This document shows positions 32,493-43,378 of a stretch of DNA of 64,000 nt, piece after piece. The position numbers and the translations under genes were made by a program. The stretch is taken from NCBI GenBank assembly GCA_009926405.1, contig RFOZ01000001.1:3261-67260 (forward strand), read 5' to 3'. The stretch's first letter is position 1; the number at the start of each line of letters is the position of its first letter. The notes under the pieces were generated by a model, which made no database searches, was not told where the DNA came from, and was given only the letters and a program-made list of their open reading frames with translations. The DNA comes from Cytophagia bacterium. Its GTDB lineage: Bacteria; Bacteroidota; Bacteroidia; UBA7662.

Positions 32493-33101
32493 ATGGCCAG
32501 ATATACAGGTCCCAAAACCAAAGTTGCCCGCCGATTTAAGGAGCCCATTTTTGGGCCAGACAAAGGATTGCAAAAAAAGCAATACGGTCCAGGTCAGCAC
32601 GGTCCTTCCAAACGTTCTCCCAAGAAATCAGAATACTCAGTTCAGTTGGGTGAAAAACAAAAGATGAAGTACACTTACGGTGTTTTGGAGCGTCAGTTCT
32701 CCCTCACCTTTGCCAAAGCCAACCGCAAAAAAGGCAGCACCGGTGAAAACCTCATCAAGTTCTTGGAGGCCCGTCTTGATAACACCGTTTTTCGTTTGGG
32801 AATTGCCCCAACACGCGAAGCCGGCCGTCAATTGGTTTCTCACCGTCACATCGTTGTGAACGGCAAAGTCGTGAACATTCCTTCGTATCAATTGCATCCT
32901 GGTGATACCGTTGGTGTTCGTGAAAAATCCAAGAACCTGGAGGTTATCGTCGATGCGGTAGGTTCCAAAATGGTTTCCAAGTTTAACTGGTTGGAATGGA
33001 ATCGTGAAAAACTGGAGGGTCGTTTTGTGGATTTCCCGGAGCGCGATCAGATTCCTGAGAATTTCAAGGAGCAGCTCATCGTCGAATTGTACTCCAAGTA
33101 A
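32493..33101 (+). CDS. rpsD: 30S ribosomal protein S4
   Basis: [15 protein letters not shown]... conserved. Confidence 0.95.
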   Translation: MARYTGPKTKVARRFKEPIFGPDKGLQKKQYGPGQHGPSKRSPKKSEYSVQLGEKQKMKYTYGVLERQFSLTFAKANRKKGSTGENLIKFLEARLDNTVFRLGIAPTREAGRQLVSHRHIVVNGKVVNIPSYQLHPGDTVGVREKSKNLEVIVDAVGSKMVSKFNWLEWNREKLEGRFVDFPERDQIPENFKEQLIVELYSK

Positions 33102-33140
33102 TCTCAGCCGTTATCCCCTCTATCTTTTTAAAAAATCCTT

Positions 33141-34133
33141 ATGTCCGTTATTGTTTTTCAAAAACCTGAGAAGGTTATCATGCACAAGGCCAGCGAGTTT
33201 CAGGGGTCTTTTGAATTCAAACCCTTGGAGCCTGGTTACGGTGTTACCATCGGCAATGCCTTGCGCCGTATTCTCCTGTCTTCTTTGCAGGGATATGCCA
33301 TTTCATCCATCCGCGTCCCGGGTGTCGATCATGAATTCTCCACCATCAAAGGGGTTGTTGAAGATGTTATTGAACTGATTCTGAACCTGAAACAGGTTCG
33401 TTTCAAACCCAAAGGTGAAGGAATCGATGGCGAAAAACTTATCGTAATCCTCAAAGGCAAGGGTGTTTTCACCGCGGGAGATATTGAGCAATTTTCAAGC
33501 AATTTCAAAATCTTGAATCCTGAATTGGTGTTGTGCACCATGGATGGCAAAATGACTTTAGAATTGGAATTGACGATCCGCAAAGGACGTGGGTATGTTG
33601 CGGCCGAAGACAACAAAATCGAAGACGCTCCCTTGGGGGTTGTTCCAATTGATTCGGTTTTCACGCCTATCAAGAACGTCAGCTACCAAATCGAGAATAC
33701 ACGCGTTGAACAAAAAACCGACTACGAAAAATTACTTCTGGATGTGACGACCGATGGGTCCATTCATCCGGAAGATGCTTTGAAGGAGGCGGCCCGAATT
33801 TTGATTCAACATTTTGCCTTGTTTTCGGATGAGAGCATGGCCCTTGAATTGGCCTCCTCGGATCCTGCCATGGAAATTGACGAAGACTTTTTGGCCAAAC
33901 GCAAATTGCTGAAGTCCAACCTGGGCGATATGAACCTCTCGGTTCGCGCATTTAATTGCCTCAAGGCCGCCGAAATCCGCACCTTGGCTGACCTGGTCAA
34001 GTTCGATATCGCCGATTTGCTGAAATTCCGCAACTTCGGAAAGAAATCGCTCACCGAGTTGGAGGATTTGGTTCGGGAAAAGGGCCTCACTTTTGGTATG
34101 GACATTCACAAATACAAACTCGACGAAGACTAA
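33141..34133 (+). CDS. rpoA: DNA-directed RNA polymerase alpha subunit
   Basis: 330 aa with N-terminal dimerisation and C-terminal alpha-CTD helix-hairpin-helix. Confidence 0.95.
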   Translation: MSVIVFQKPEKVIMHKASEFQGSFEFKPLEPGYGVTIGNALRRILLSSLQGYAISSIRVPGVDHEFSTIKGVVEDVIELILNLKQVRFKPKGEGIDGEKLIVILKGKGVFTAGDIEQFSSNFKILNPELVLCTMDGKMTLELELTIRKGRGYVAAEDNKIEDAPLGVVPIDSVFTPIKNVSYQIENTRVEQKTDYEKLLLDVTTDGSIHPEDALKEAARILIQHFALFSDESMALELASSDPAMEIDEDFLAKRKLLKSNLGDMNLSVRAFNCLKAAEIRTLADLVKFDIADLLKFRNFGKKSLTELEDLVREKGLTFGMDIHKYKLDED

Positions 34134-34172
34134 GCCCCGGAAACTTAAAGAAGCTCCGCTAAAGACAACGAT

Positions 34173-34874
34173 ATGCGCCACGGAAATACCATTAACCACC
34201 TCAGTCGGACCTACGGTCATCGCAAGGCGATGCTCCGTAACATGGCCGTCTCTCTGATTCTTAACAAACGCATCAACACCACCTTGGCCAAGGCCAAGGA
34301 GTTGCGCAAGTTTGTTGAACCTGTTTTGACTCGTTCCAAGTCGGATACCATGCACAATCGTCGGATGGTTTTTGCTGATTTGCAGGACAAAGAAGCTGTC
34401 AAAGAATTGTTTGCCACGGTTGCCGAAAAAATTGCAACCCGCCCTGGAGGCTATACCCGTATCATCAAGACTGGTTTTCGTTTGGGTGATGCCGCGGAAA
34501 TGTGCATGATGGAATTGGTGGATTTTAACGAATTGCTGTTGGCCGATGCGGCCTCCCGCAAAGCCAAAACGACTCGTCGTAGCCGTTCTTCCAAGAAGTC
34601 GTCTTCCGGTCTAGATTCTGTGGCTCCTGTTGCTGCCGCCGCCCCCGTTGCAGAATTGGTAGCTCCGCTCCTTGAAGAGGAGGCTCCTGCTGTTGTGGAG
34701 GAAGCTCCTGCTGTTGTGGAGGAAGCTCCTGCTGCGGTGGACGAGGCTCCTGCTGTTGTGGACGAGGCTCCTGCTGTTGTGGAGGAAGCTCCTGCTGCGG
34801 TGGACGAGGCTCCTGCCGATGAAGCAAGCGCGCCCGAAGAAGATAGCCCCGAACAAGAAGAGCCCAAAGCCTAA
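34173..34874 (+). CDS. rplQ: 50S ribosomal protein L17 with acidic tandem-repeat C-terminal extension
   Basis: N-terminal roughly 125 aa is canonical L17 ([21 protein letters not shown]...). The C-terminus carries about 7 copies of the repeat (E/D)EAPA(V/A)V. Confidence 0.9.
   Translation: MRHGNTINHLSRTYGHRKAMLRNMAVSLILNKRINTTLAKAKELRKFVEPVLTRSKSDTMHNRRMVFADLQDKEAVKELFATVAEKIATRPGGYTRIIKTGFRLGDAAEMCMMELVDFNELLLADAASRKAKTTRRSRSSKKSSSGLDSVAPVAAAAPVAELVAPLLEEEAPAVVEEAPAVVEEAPAAVDEAPAVVDEAPAVVEEAPAAVDEAPADEASAPEEDSPEQEEPKA
34677..34820 (+). repeat. 21-nt in-frame tandem repeat (about 6.9 copies) inside the rplQ 3' end
   Basis: Direct reading: GAGGAAGCTCCTGCTGTTGTG-like units repeated head to tail, with variants GCGGTGGAC. 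Encodes EEAPAVV / DEAPAVV / EEAPAAV. Confidence 0.85.
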
Positions 34875-34883
34875 CCTATGAAA

Positions 34884-34908
34884 CCCCGCTTCGGCGGGGT
34901 TTTCTTTT
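34884..34908 (+). terminator. rho-independent terminator after rplQ
   Basis: CCCCGC-ttcg-GCGGGG perfect 6-bp stem immediately followed by TTTTCTTTT, 10 nt after the rplQ stop. Confidence 0.6.
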
Positions 34909-34979
34909 GAAGGGGGATGGGGCATTGAGTTGAAGGAGGCTATTTTTGTTCTTGAAAACCATCGATTTATTTTAGAACC

Positions 34980-36098
34980 ATGACCGCACCGTTGCCGACC
35001 CCCGGGTCTCTACACCTACAGGATGGACGAATTTTTGAAGGTTGGATTATAGGCTGGGATGCTGGGATTTGTGGGGGTGAGCTTTGCTTTAACACCTCCA
35101 TGACCGGTTACCAGGAAATGTTCACCGATCCATCCTATCGTGGTCAAATGCTGATACACAATTTTGTGCACCTAGGAAATTACGGGGCCTATGCCCCGGA
35201 CCAGGAATCGGAACGCGTTCAGATCAGCGGGGTGGTCGTCCGCAATTTTTCGGAAAAGCATTCCCGCTTGATGGCTGATTCTTCTTTGCAGGACTACATG
35301 GTCCAGAATCAATTGATGGGAATAAGGGGCATTGACACCAGGGCTTTGGTTCGGCATATTCGAAACAGTGGAGCAATGAATGCCGTCATTCTTTCGCACA
35401 AAGACCCGGTTGGAGATCAAGGCCAACGGGCCCAAAAGGCTTTGGAGAACCTGCCCGCGATGGCCGGTTTGGATCTGAGCGCCATGGTGACCACCGTTGA
35501 ACCTTATCGAATGGCTTCTTCGCTACCTGGCACCCCCAAACGGGTGGTTGTTATGGATTACGGAGTCAAACGCAACATGCTTCAACATTTAACCAACAGG
35601 GGCTGCGAGCTTCAGGTGCTTCCGGCATCGGCCACCTTTGAAGAGGTCATGGCTTGTGAACCTCAAGGTATTTTGCTGTCCAATGGTCCCGGTGATCCTG
35701 CAGCCATGGACATGCAAGTCGCTGTCGTCCGAACTTTGTTGGAACGCAAAATCCCATTGATGGGCATTTGTTTGGGTCATCAACTCTTGGCCAGGGCAGC
35801 CGGTCTTGAAACCTTCAAAATGCATAACGGGCATCGTGGCTCCAATCATCCTGTTCAGAACCTCCGCCGAAACCGCTCGGAGATAACCTCCCAAAATCAC
35901 GGCTTCGCGGTGAATTTGGAACAAACCAAGGAGGCATCTCATCTGGAGTTGACCCATATTAACTTGAACGATCACACCGTTGAAGGCCTTGCATTGCGTG
36001 AGAGCCCCGCGTTCTCGGTGCAGTATCACCCGGAGTCCAACCCTGGACCCCATGATTCGCATTATTTGTTTGATGATTTTGTGGCCATGATGGCCTAA
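34980..36098 (+). CDS. carA: carbamoyl-phosphate synthase small (glutamine amidotransferase) subunit
   Basis: CPSase small-chain N-domain plus class I GATase with catalytic GICLGHQ. Confidence 0.9.
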   Translation: MTAPLPTPGSLHLQDGRIFEGWIIGWDAGICGGELCFNTSMTGYQEMFTDPSYRGQMLIHNFVHLGNYGAYAPDQESERVQISGVVVRNFSEKHSRLMADSSLQDYMVQNQLMGIRGIDTRALVRHIRNSGAMNAVILSHKDPVGDQGQRAQKALENLPAMAGLDLSAMVTTVEPYRMASSLPGTPKRVVVMDYGVKRNMLQHLTNRGCELQVLPASATFEEVMACEPQGILLSNGPGDPAAMDMQVAVVRTLLERKIPLMGICLGHQLLARAAGLETFKMHNGHRGSNHPVQNLRRNRSEITSQNHGFAVNLEQTKEASHLELTHINLNDHTVEGLALRESPAFSVQYHPESNPGPHDSHYLFDDFVAMMA

Positions 36099-36133
36099 CT
36101 TTTGCCTTCGCTAACGCATATATTTTTCTTTAA

Positions 36134-37444
<1,311 letters not shown>

Positions 37445-37452
37445 TTGCAAGC

Positions 37453-37755
37453 ATGGCCGCACCATTGAGACGAATTCTTCGAAACCGTTTTTTGATTGCG
37501 GGATTTCTTTTTGTGTTATGGATTTTGTTTTTGGACGAATACCGGTGGTTGGGTCAGGCCAAAGTTCGACGCGAGTGGAGGCTTTTGCAGAAGCAGAAGT
37601 CCTATTATGATTCTTCCATAAGGGTCATGACCCTAGAAAAAGCCGCCCTGGAATCAGATACGCTTTTGTTGGAACGTTTGGCCCGCGAAAAGTACCGAAT
37701 GGTCAAGCCCGGGGAATCGGTTTTTTGGTTGCTGGACACGGTCCAGGCGCCTTGA
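37453..37755 (+). CDS. septum formation initiator family protein (FtsB/DivIC-like)
   Basis: 100 aa: N-terminal TM helix, then a coiled-coil. The eno-ftsB adjacency is common. Confidence 0.65.
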   Translation: MAAPLRRILRNRFLIAGFLFVLWILFLDEYRWLGQAKVRREWRLLQKQKSYYDSSIRVMTLEKAALESDTLLLERLAREKYRMVKPGESVFWLLDTVQAP

Positions 37756-37756
37756 T

Positions 37757-38470
37757 TTATTCCAGGTCTTGTTTAATTAGCAAGGCCGTGCTCATTCCTG
37801 CTAAACAACGTTCGACCCGGTTGCTAAGGTTCTTGGCCAGGCAGACTTCGCCGCGGTTGATCAGGGAAATTTGCCCCAAAACTCTACCATCTTGTTCGTA
37901 GCGCAATCCTGCATGGGTGGCTCCTAGCCAGGGTCGGTTCCCTTCAAGGGTCCTTATGCTATGGATTTCAATGAGGGCCTCCCCTGGAATATCTAAATGA
38001 CCGCATAGGCTTTGCCGCCGTGATGCTGTTTCGGGTCTAAACAAAACAAATTCAGCGCGGGGCTCACCATGGCTGTGAATTTCGCCGGTTAACAGATGGC
38101 TGTAAGACAAGGGTAAAGCGATACGGCCTTGCCACAAAGGGACATCGCTTTGTTTAAAGCGTGCGAAGGTCGTGACCGTATCGTGGCCTGAACCATTGCT
38201 GGAGCTTTGGATCAGGCGTATGCGTTGCGTGGCTCCGCTAAACCGAATGCCAACACGGGCTTGGTAGGAATTGACAGCCCCCCTACGCACTTGGAGGGTG
38301 GAGTAGGGCCCGTAGTTTATCCTCACTTTGAACCGAAATTGTTGGCGACCCTGCACCGGGTAACAATCCGACTGGTCTATTAGACCAGGGTCTAGAGCTA
38401 ACCGTAATGGAGTACACGAGACAGCTTGTAACACCAAACCTGCGAGCAAAGCATAGAATATTTTTTTCAT
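37757..38470 (-). CDS. hypothetical lipoprotein
   Basis: Signal peptide with lipobox-like LQAVSC. No recognisable catalytic motif. Last gene of a tight minus-strand cluster. Confidence 0.5.
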   Translation of the reverse strand: MKKIFYALLAGLVLQAVSCTPLRLALDPGLIDQSDCYPVQGRQQFRFKVRINYGPYSTLQVRRGAVNSYQARVGIRFSGATQRIRLIQSSSNGSGHDTVTTFARFKQSDVPLWQGRIALPLSYSHLLTGEIHSHGEPRAEFVLFRPETASRRQSLCGHLDIPGEALIEIHSIRTLEGNRPWLGATHAGLRYEQDGRVLGQISLINRGEVCLAKNLSNRVERCLAGMSTALLIKQDLE

Positions 38471-38491
38471 GTTACGAATTTTTGAATCCTA

Positions 38492-40669
38492 TTAAACCCC
38501 TCCTAACGCTCGGACCAAGACCCATTCAATACCTAACAAAAGAGATATCAGAATCCAAGTCCAGATCGAACGCAACCAGGAAGTAGCAACCAAGCTTAGG
38601 CTGCTTTCAGGCCGAATGGTCGGGTGTGACTTGATTTTTTGATATAATCTTTCGAGAGCAAGTGCTCGAGATTTTGGGTCCCAGGCATCCATGCGGACAT
38701 AGGTTCCGTTGGTTTGCTTCGCCAGACTTTGGAGTAGGTTGTGATCGCCCGGTTCGTCCGGGTTTTCGAGGCCAAAGGATTGAACGGCCAAGACTCCTTT
38801 CTTTTCAAGAGGCTGTCCGTTGGCGGATGTGGTGGCGGTGTAACGGTAGGTTCCAGCGGCTAAACGACCCAAATTAAGGCGGTATCCCAATCCGTCCGGG
38901 ATCATCGTCGCATCGCTGACAAGGCGATCCTTTTGGTAAAGCTGGAATCGCAGGGTGTTTTGGTTGTCAAATTCACCTTGCGCATTGCGTAGACTGCCTT
39001 CGATGAGGACTTGCTGCGTTTCGTTAAAGAAAGGCCGAACCGGTCGAATTTCCAGACCTTCGGAAGCTTGACCGCCCAAAAGCAGGGAAACGGTTTTGTA
39101 AACCAGTTCCTCCAAAGGGGAGGTTGAAACGGAACCTCCTTGGCTGGAGCGATCATCCGAATTCAGGGCCAATCGCCAGCGCCACAAACCCTCGCCCCAG
39201 AGGTAGGCTCTTGCCGGACGGCTTTTGTATTCCACAACCCATAAAGGTCGCTGGGTGACGACCCGTTCCTTTTGTTGGTACAACAAGGTTGTCGAAACGG
39301 GGGATTCGACCGGGCCCACCGAAGGTGCGTTAAGAGGCGGAAGACGACGCATTCCTTCGGCGAGCTGTCCTCCAGGAAGGAAGGCATTCCAGCGTTGATT
39401 TAGAACCGGGAGTACCTGAGCCAAAGGAACCGAGGCCAAGGAAGGTCCCTCCGGCCAGAGCCGCCAATCGCTGGCTGCACCACCCATCCACCAAAGGGGT
39501 TTTCCTTTTTGTAGAATTTTTTGGAGTAAGTCGGCCTCGCCGGCTTCCGGGTTGGCCGAAGGCCATTGATGCCAGATGGTGAGGTCTGCGGATGGATCTG
39601 CGGCGGCTTTGCGCAGGCCTTGCAGGCCGTATTCCAATTCCACTACGTAGTTTTTGGTTTGTTCCAAGAGGCTTCGCAGAACCCCCAAGTCCGGGTGTGG
39701 GGCCTTTGCAAGCAATAGCAGTCGTTTTTTGGTCCGAACCGCTTCGACAAAGGCCAATCGTTCTGGGGCATCCTTAACCTTGTTCTGCTCAGTGGAGCCG
39801 CTCAGGCTGCGGCCTCTGAAACGGATGGCATACAAACCTTCTTCGCCAATGGAAACTTTGAAACGAATGGTTTGCTGGGAGGTGCCCGCACCGGGTTGCC
39901 AAACACGACGTTCGGTTAGGCGGGGTGAGTCCAAACCGGTGGAAACCAAGGCTTCGATTTGCAAGGATTGACCGGACATGTGATGACAGCGCACAGGGAT
40001 TTCTATTTCCAAATCGCTATGGGCTTCAACGCGTTCGGGAACGGTCGGTGTGCCGAGGGTCCATGCGGGTTTTTTGCCTTGGTCTGAACCGCAGCCCAAG
40101 GTCATCACCGGGGCTTGATAGGTTCCAAAAAAGGACTGAGGTTCAATTCCTTGGTTAAAAAGGCCATCACTGACAAGAACCCACGCGGCGATGGTTTCCA
40201 ACCCTGCTTGGTCCGAAGTCCAGTTGGCCAGGGGCTCGGTGGATGTCAGGCTTTGGTTCAACCGCACCGAATTTGCCTGGGATGGGTTGAGGCGATTGGC
40301 GCCTGCTCCATAGCCTACCACATCAACGCGATGGGTCCCTTGGAGTTTTTGGGTGAATTCCAAAGCAAAAGATCGCAATTCATCGGGCGTGATGCCGGGT
40401 CGGTTCATGGACTGGCTTTGGTCCAAAGCCAGGACTACCAAAGGCGGTTGAACGCTTCGCTCTTCCCGCATCCAGGTGGGGTCAAAACAAAGCAGTACCA
40501 ACAAAAAAACGGCCAATCCGCGCAGCGTTCCCAACAACAGGCGACCCTTCCTCAAAGGTTGGTTCGGACGATGGAAACCGTGTCTTGCCCATGCCCAGGC
40601 GAAACCTGCGGCGGCGGACAAAGGCAGAACCCAATACGGGGAACCCCAACCCAGTTCCAAATATCCCAT
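38492..40669 (-). CDS. BatA-like membrane protein: N-terminal double-TM domain plus vWA domain and a large C-terminal region
   Basis: Two N-terminal TM helices followed by a vWA-like region with MIDAS motif LDQSQSM (DxSxS). Roughly 450 aa extension and a C-terminal TM anchor. Confidence 0.55.
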   Translation of the reverse strand: MGYLELGWGSPYWVLPLSAAAGFAWAWARHGFHRPNQPLRKGRLLLGTLRGLAVFLLVLLCFDPTWMREERSVQPPLVVLALDQSQSMNRPGITPDELRSFALEFTQKLQGTHRVDVVGYGAGANRLNPSQANSVRLNQSLTSTEPLANWTSDQAGLETIAAWVLVSDGLFNQGIEPQSFFGTYQAPVMTLGCGSDQGKKPAWTLGTPTVPERVEAHSDLEIEIPVRCHHMSGQSLQIEALVSTGLDSPRLTERRVWQPGAGTSQQTIRFKVSIGEEGLYAIRFRGRSLSGSTEQNKVKDAPERLAFVEAVRTKKRLLLLAKAPHPDLGVLRSLLEQTKNYVVELEYGLQGLRKAAADPSADLTIWHQWPSANPEAGEADLLQKILQKGKPLWWMGGAASDWRLWPEGPSLASVPLAQVLPVLNQRWNAFLPGGQLAEGMRRLPPLNAPSVGPVESPVSTTLLYQQKERVVTQRPLWVVEYKSRPARAYLWGEGLWRWRLALNSDDRSSQGGSVSTSPLEELVYKTVSLLLGGQASEGLEIRPVRPFFNETQQVLIEGSLRNAQGEFDNQNTLRFQLYQKDRLVSDATMIPDGLGYRLNLGRLAAGTYRYTATTSANGQPLEKKGVLAVQSFGLENPDEPGDHNLLQSLAKQTNGTYVRMDAWDPKSRALALERLYQKIKSHPTIRPESSLSLVATSWLRSIWTWILISLLLGIEWVLVRALGGV

Positions 40670-40680
40670 GGTTTAAAGAC

Positions 40681-41481
40681 CTAGGCGGGGTCCAATCCTC
40701 CGCATACATTCCAGCATTGGCCCGTAACATAAGAAGCCCGGTCGGATGCCAGGAAGGCAATGATTTCAGATACTTCTTCGACCGTTCCCGGTCGTCCCAA
40801 GGGGATTTTGGCATTCCATGCCTCCGAGACAGCCGGGTCCAATTGGCCGGTCATTTCGGTTTCGATGTAACCGGGCGCAACGGCGTTGCATCGAATGTTA
40901 CGAGATCCCAATTCGCGGGCCAAGGACTGGGTGAAAGCAATGACACCTGCCTTGGATGCTGCGTAATTGCTCTGCCCTGCGTTCCCACCGCGCCCAACCA
41001 CCGATGACAAATTGATGATGCTGCCTTTGCGGTTTTTCATGAGGTGGCGAACCGCATGTTTACAAACATTGAAGACGGATTTCAGATTGTTATCCATCAC
41101 CTGATCCCATTGTTCCTCGGTCATCCGGATCAGCAATTGATCCCTGGTAATCCCTGCGTTGTTAACGATGATTTCGAGACCTCCAAAATCTTCCAGGATT
41201 TGCTCAATCAACTTTTCGGCCTGGTTATAATCAGCAGCATCCGAGGCGTAGGCCCGAGCACGGACCCCCATGGCCTGCAATTCTTTCTCAAGTTCCAGGG
41301 CTGATTCTTGGGAGGATTTGTAGGTAAAGGCAATATCGGCTCCCTGAGAGGCCAACTTGCGGGCGATGCCCATTCCAATTCCCCGGCTACCGCCGGTGAC
41401 CAAGGCTATTTTGCCTTGAAGAAGTGTATTTGTGTCCATGGGAACAAAGATAAACCAGCCTTCGCGTCCTGTCAGGAGCAA
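40681..41481 (-). CDS. fabG: 3-oxoacyl-[ACP] reductase / SDR family oxidoreductase
   Basis: Classical SDR: TGGSRGIG NAD(P)-binding motif, NNAG, and catalytic S...YxxxK (YAASKAG). Confidence 0.8.
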   Translation of the reverse strand: MLLTGREGWFIFVPMDTNTLLQGKIALVTGGSRGIGMGIARKLASQGADIAFTYKSSQESALELEKELQAMGVRARAYASDAADYNQAEKLIEQILEDFGGLEIIVNNAGITRDQLLIRMTEEQWDQVMDNNLKSVFNVCKHAVRHLMKNRKGSIINLSSVVGRGGNAGQSNYAASKAGVIAFTQSLARELGSRNIRCNAVAPGYIETEMTGQLDPAVSEAWNAKIPLGRPGTVEEVSEIIAFLASDRASYVTGQCWNVCGGLDPA

Positions 41482-41489
41482 AGCTTCCC

Positions 41490-42317
41490 TCAGGAGCGTT
41501 GAATCATCACTTTGTCCTGAACCCTTAGTCCAAGCAAGGACTCGGCGTGGTTGTTGGCCAGGGCAATTTCGAGGTAACCCATGGCATTGTAGAGCAGCAC
41601 AAGGTGCTGTCCTTCCACCGCATGGTAATGGCCCTGAATCCGATCGCTGCGGTTTTCGTGTCGTAGGTTGGAGCGAAGCAGCACCTCAAAGGGTCGATCG
41701 GCCACAAAGGTTTCAACGGTCCCTTGGTCCAGGTTGGTGTGGAGGTTTCCGTAACTATCCGCATAGAGGACCCGGCCATGCAAAACGCCGTTTTGTTCGT
41801 AAACCTTTTCCTGCCACATCCCAACGGTATCCGGCAGGGGCTCCTGCCAAGGTTCGGGTGCTTTGGTTCTTGAAGGATCTTGCCCCAAGGCATGAATCAG
41901 CATACCCAAGGGCCCGTCCAGCCAATCCAGCAAGGCAAAGCCGGCCTTGGGTCGTGGTACGGTCAAGGGGTAGCGCTGTACGGGTGGGCTTTCATCCCCT
42001 TCAACCAGCAACGGGACCAGGCCTTTGTCTGGCAAGGCAAACCAATGGCCCTGATAACGGACCACGATAAAGGATGGCCAAGGGCTTTCTTGTTCCTTGG
42101 TTCGATACCCCACATCCAACAAATGCACCGTACCCGGTGGAAAAAAAGGGAAGGCGGTTTTGAGGACATAAACAGCCTCAAGCAAGTCATATTTGCTAAT
42201 ATTGTGTGAAATATCCTCGGTTCGCCCATGCGGAAACCTGCTCAACAATCGTCCTCTCAGCATCGCGACATATGGATCGCGCAGTCCGTAATCGGTGGTG
42301 AGGGTGACAAGAGCCAT
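41490..42317 (-). CDS. SAM hydroxide adenosyltransferase family protein (DUF62; fluorinase/chlorinase-like fold)
   Basis: N-terminal LTTDYGLRDPYVAMLRG matches the LTTDFG..D.YVG.MKG signature of the SAM hydrolase/halogenase family. 275 aa two-domain size. 8 nt upstream of fabG. Confidence 0.65.
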   Translation of the reverse strand: MALVTLTTDYGLRDPYVAMLRGRLLSRFPHGRTEDISHNISKYDLLEAVYVLKTAFPFFPPGTVHLLDVGYRTKEQESPWPSFIVVRYQGHWFALPDKGLVPLLVEGDESPPVQRYPLTVPRPKAGFALLDWLDGPLGMLIHALGQDPSRTKAPEPWQEPLPDTVGMWQEKVYEQNGVLHGRVLYADSYGNLHTNLDQGTVETFVADRPFEVLLRSNLRHENRSDRIQGHYHAVEGQHLVLLYNAMGYLEIALANNHAESLLGLRVQDKVMIQRS

Positions 42318-42382
42318 GGGGAACGCTAAACGAAGCAGAGACCGACCTCAAATTTATTCCAAAGCCACCAAAGCAACGCCTT

Positions 42383-43378
42383 TTGCCTCACCTTAACGAA
42401 CCGATGGAATTTGACATCACGGGAATGGATCCCTTGGGATTCTATGGCGCTGGAAACGCCCGACAGGATCGATTGCAAGCGGCTTTTCCGGAGCTCAAAA
42501 TGACAATGCGGGGGAGTCGCCTCAGCTTGGAGGGAACCGAGCAGGCCATGAACCGGTTTCAAATCTTGTGGGAACGATTGATACGCTCCTATAGCCTGGG
42601 ACAGGGTGTTTTGAGCGATGATGCCTTCAACGAAGCCATGGCCGGCCTGGAGTCCCGGCATCGTGACGCGAATCCGGTTTTTGATCCTTCCCCCAAAACA
42701 GCTTTGGTGCATGGGCCCAACGGCCTCATCGTGCGGGCACGTACCCCAAATCAGCAGCGGATGGTGGATGCTATGGACCGATGTGATTTGTTGTTTGCCT
42801 TGGGTCCGGCGGGATCCGGCAAAACCTATACCGCGGTGGCCCTCGCTGTTCGTTCCCTCAAAAACAAAGAGGTCCGAAAAATTATCTTGACCAGACCGGC
42901 GGTTGAAGCCGGAGAAAGCCTGGGCTTTCTGCCCGGTGATCTCAAAGAAAAAGTTGATCCGTATTTGAGGCCGCTTTACGATGCCTTGGAGGACATGCTG
43001 CCGCCCCACCGGCTAGCCAAGTATTTGGAGGATGGCCTTATTGAAGTGGCTCCTTTGGCCTTTATGCGGGGTCGGACCTTGGACAAAGCCTTTGTTATCT
43101 TGGACGAGGCCCAGAACTGCACCCCCACCCAGCTCAAAATGTTTTTGACCCGCATGGGTCCCTCTGCACGATTTATTGTTACGGGGGATTTGACCCAGGT
43201 TGATTTGCCGGCCCGTATGGTCTCGGGCTTGGGACCCACCCTGCAAGTTCTCAAAGGTCTTCCGGGGATTGCGGTGGTTGAACTGAAGGAATCCGATGTG
43301 GTCCGTCATCCTCTTGTCAAAGCAATTGTTCAAGCCTACCAAAATCAAAATCAAAATCCAAACAACGGTCATGCCTAA
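42383..43378 (+). CDS. phoH: PhoH family ATPase
   Basis: Walker [13 protein letters not shown] and conserved PhoH C-terminal region. Confidence 0.9.
   Translation: MPHLNEPMEFDITGMDPLGFYGAGNARQDRLQAAFPELKMTMRGSRLSLEGTEQAMNRFQILWERLIRSYSLGQGVLSDDAFNEAMAGLESRHRDANPVFDPSPKTALVHGPNGLIVRARTPNQQRMVDAMDRCDLLFALGPAGSGKTYTAVALAVRSLKNKEVRKIILTRPAVEAGESLGFLPGDLKEKVDPYLRPLYDALEDMLPPHRLAKYLEDGLIEVAPLAFMRGRTLDKAFVILDEAQNCTPTQLKMFLTRMGPSARFIVTGDLTQVDLPARMVSGLGPTLQVLKGLPGIAVVELKESDVVRHPLVKAIVQAYQNQNQNPNNGHA

Noticed and set aside
34451-34925. Several overlapping ORFs on both strands (for example 34451..34867 minus, 34525..34827 minus, 34672..34881 plus) with repetitive Q/P/R/S-rich translations
   Set aside because: Artefacts of the 21-nt tandem repeat in the rplQ 3' end. 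Every frame of a tandem repeat is open. Only the L17 frame has a conserved N-terminal domain.
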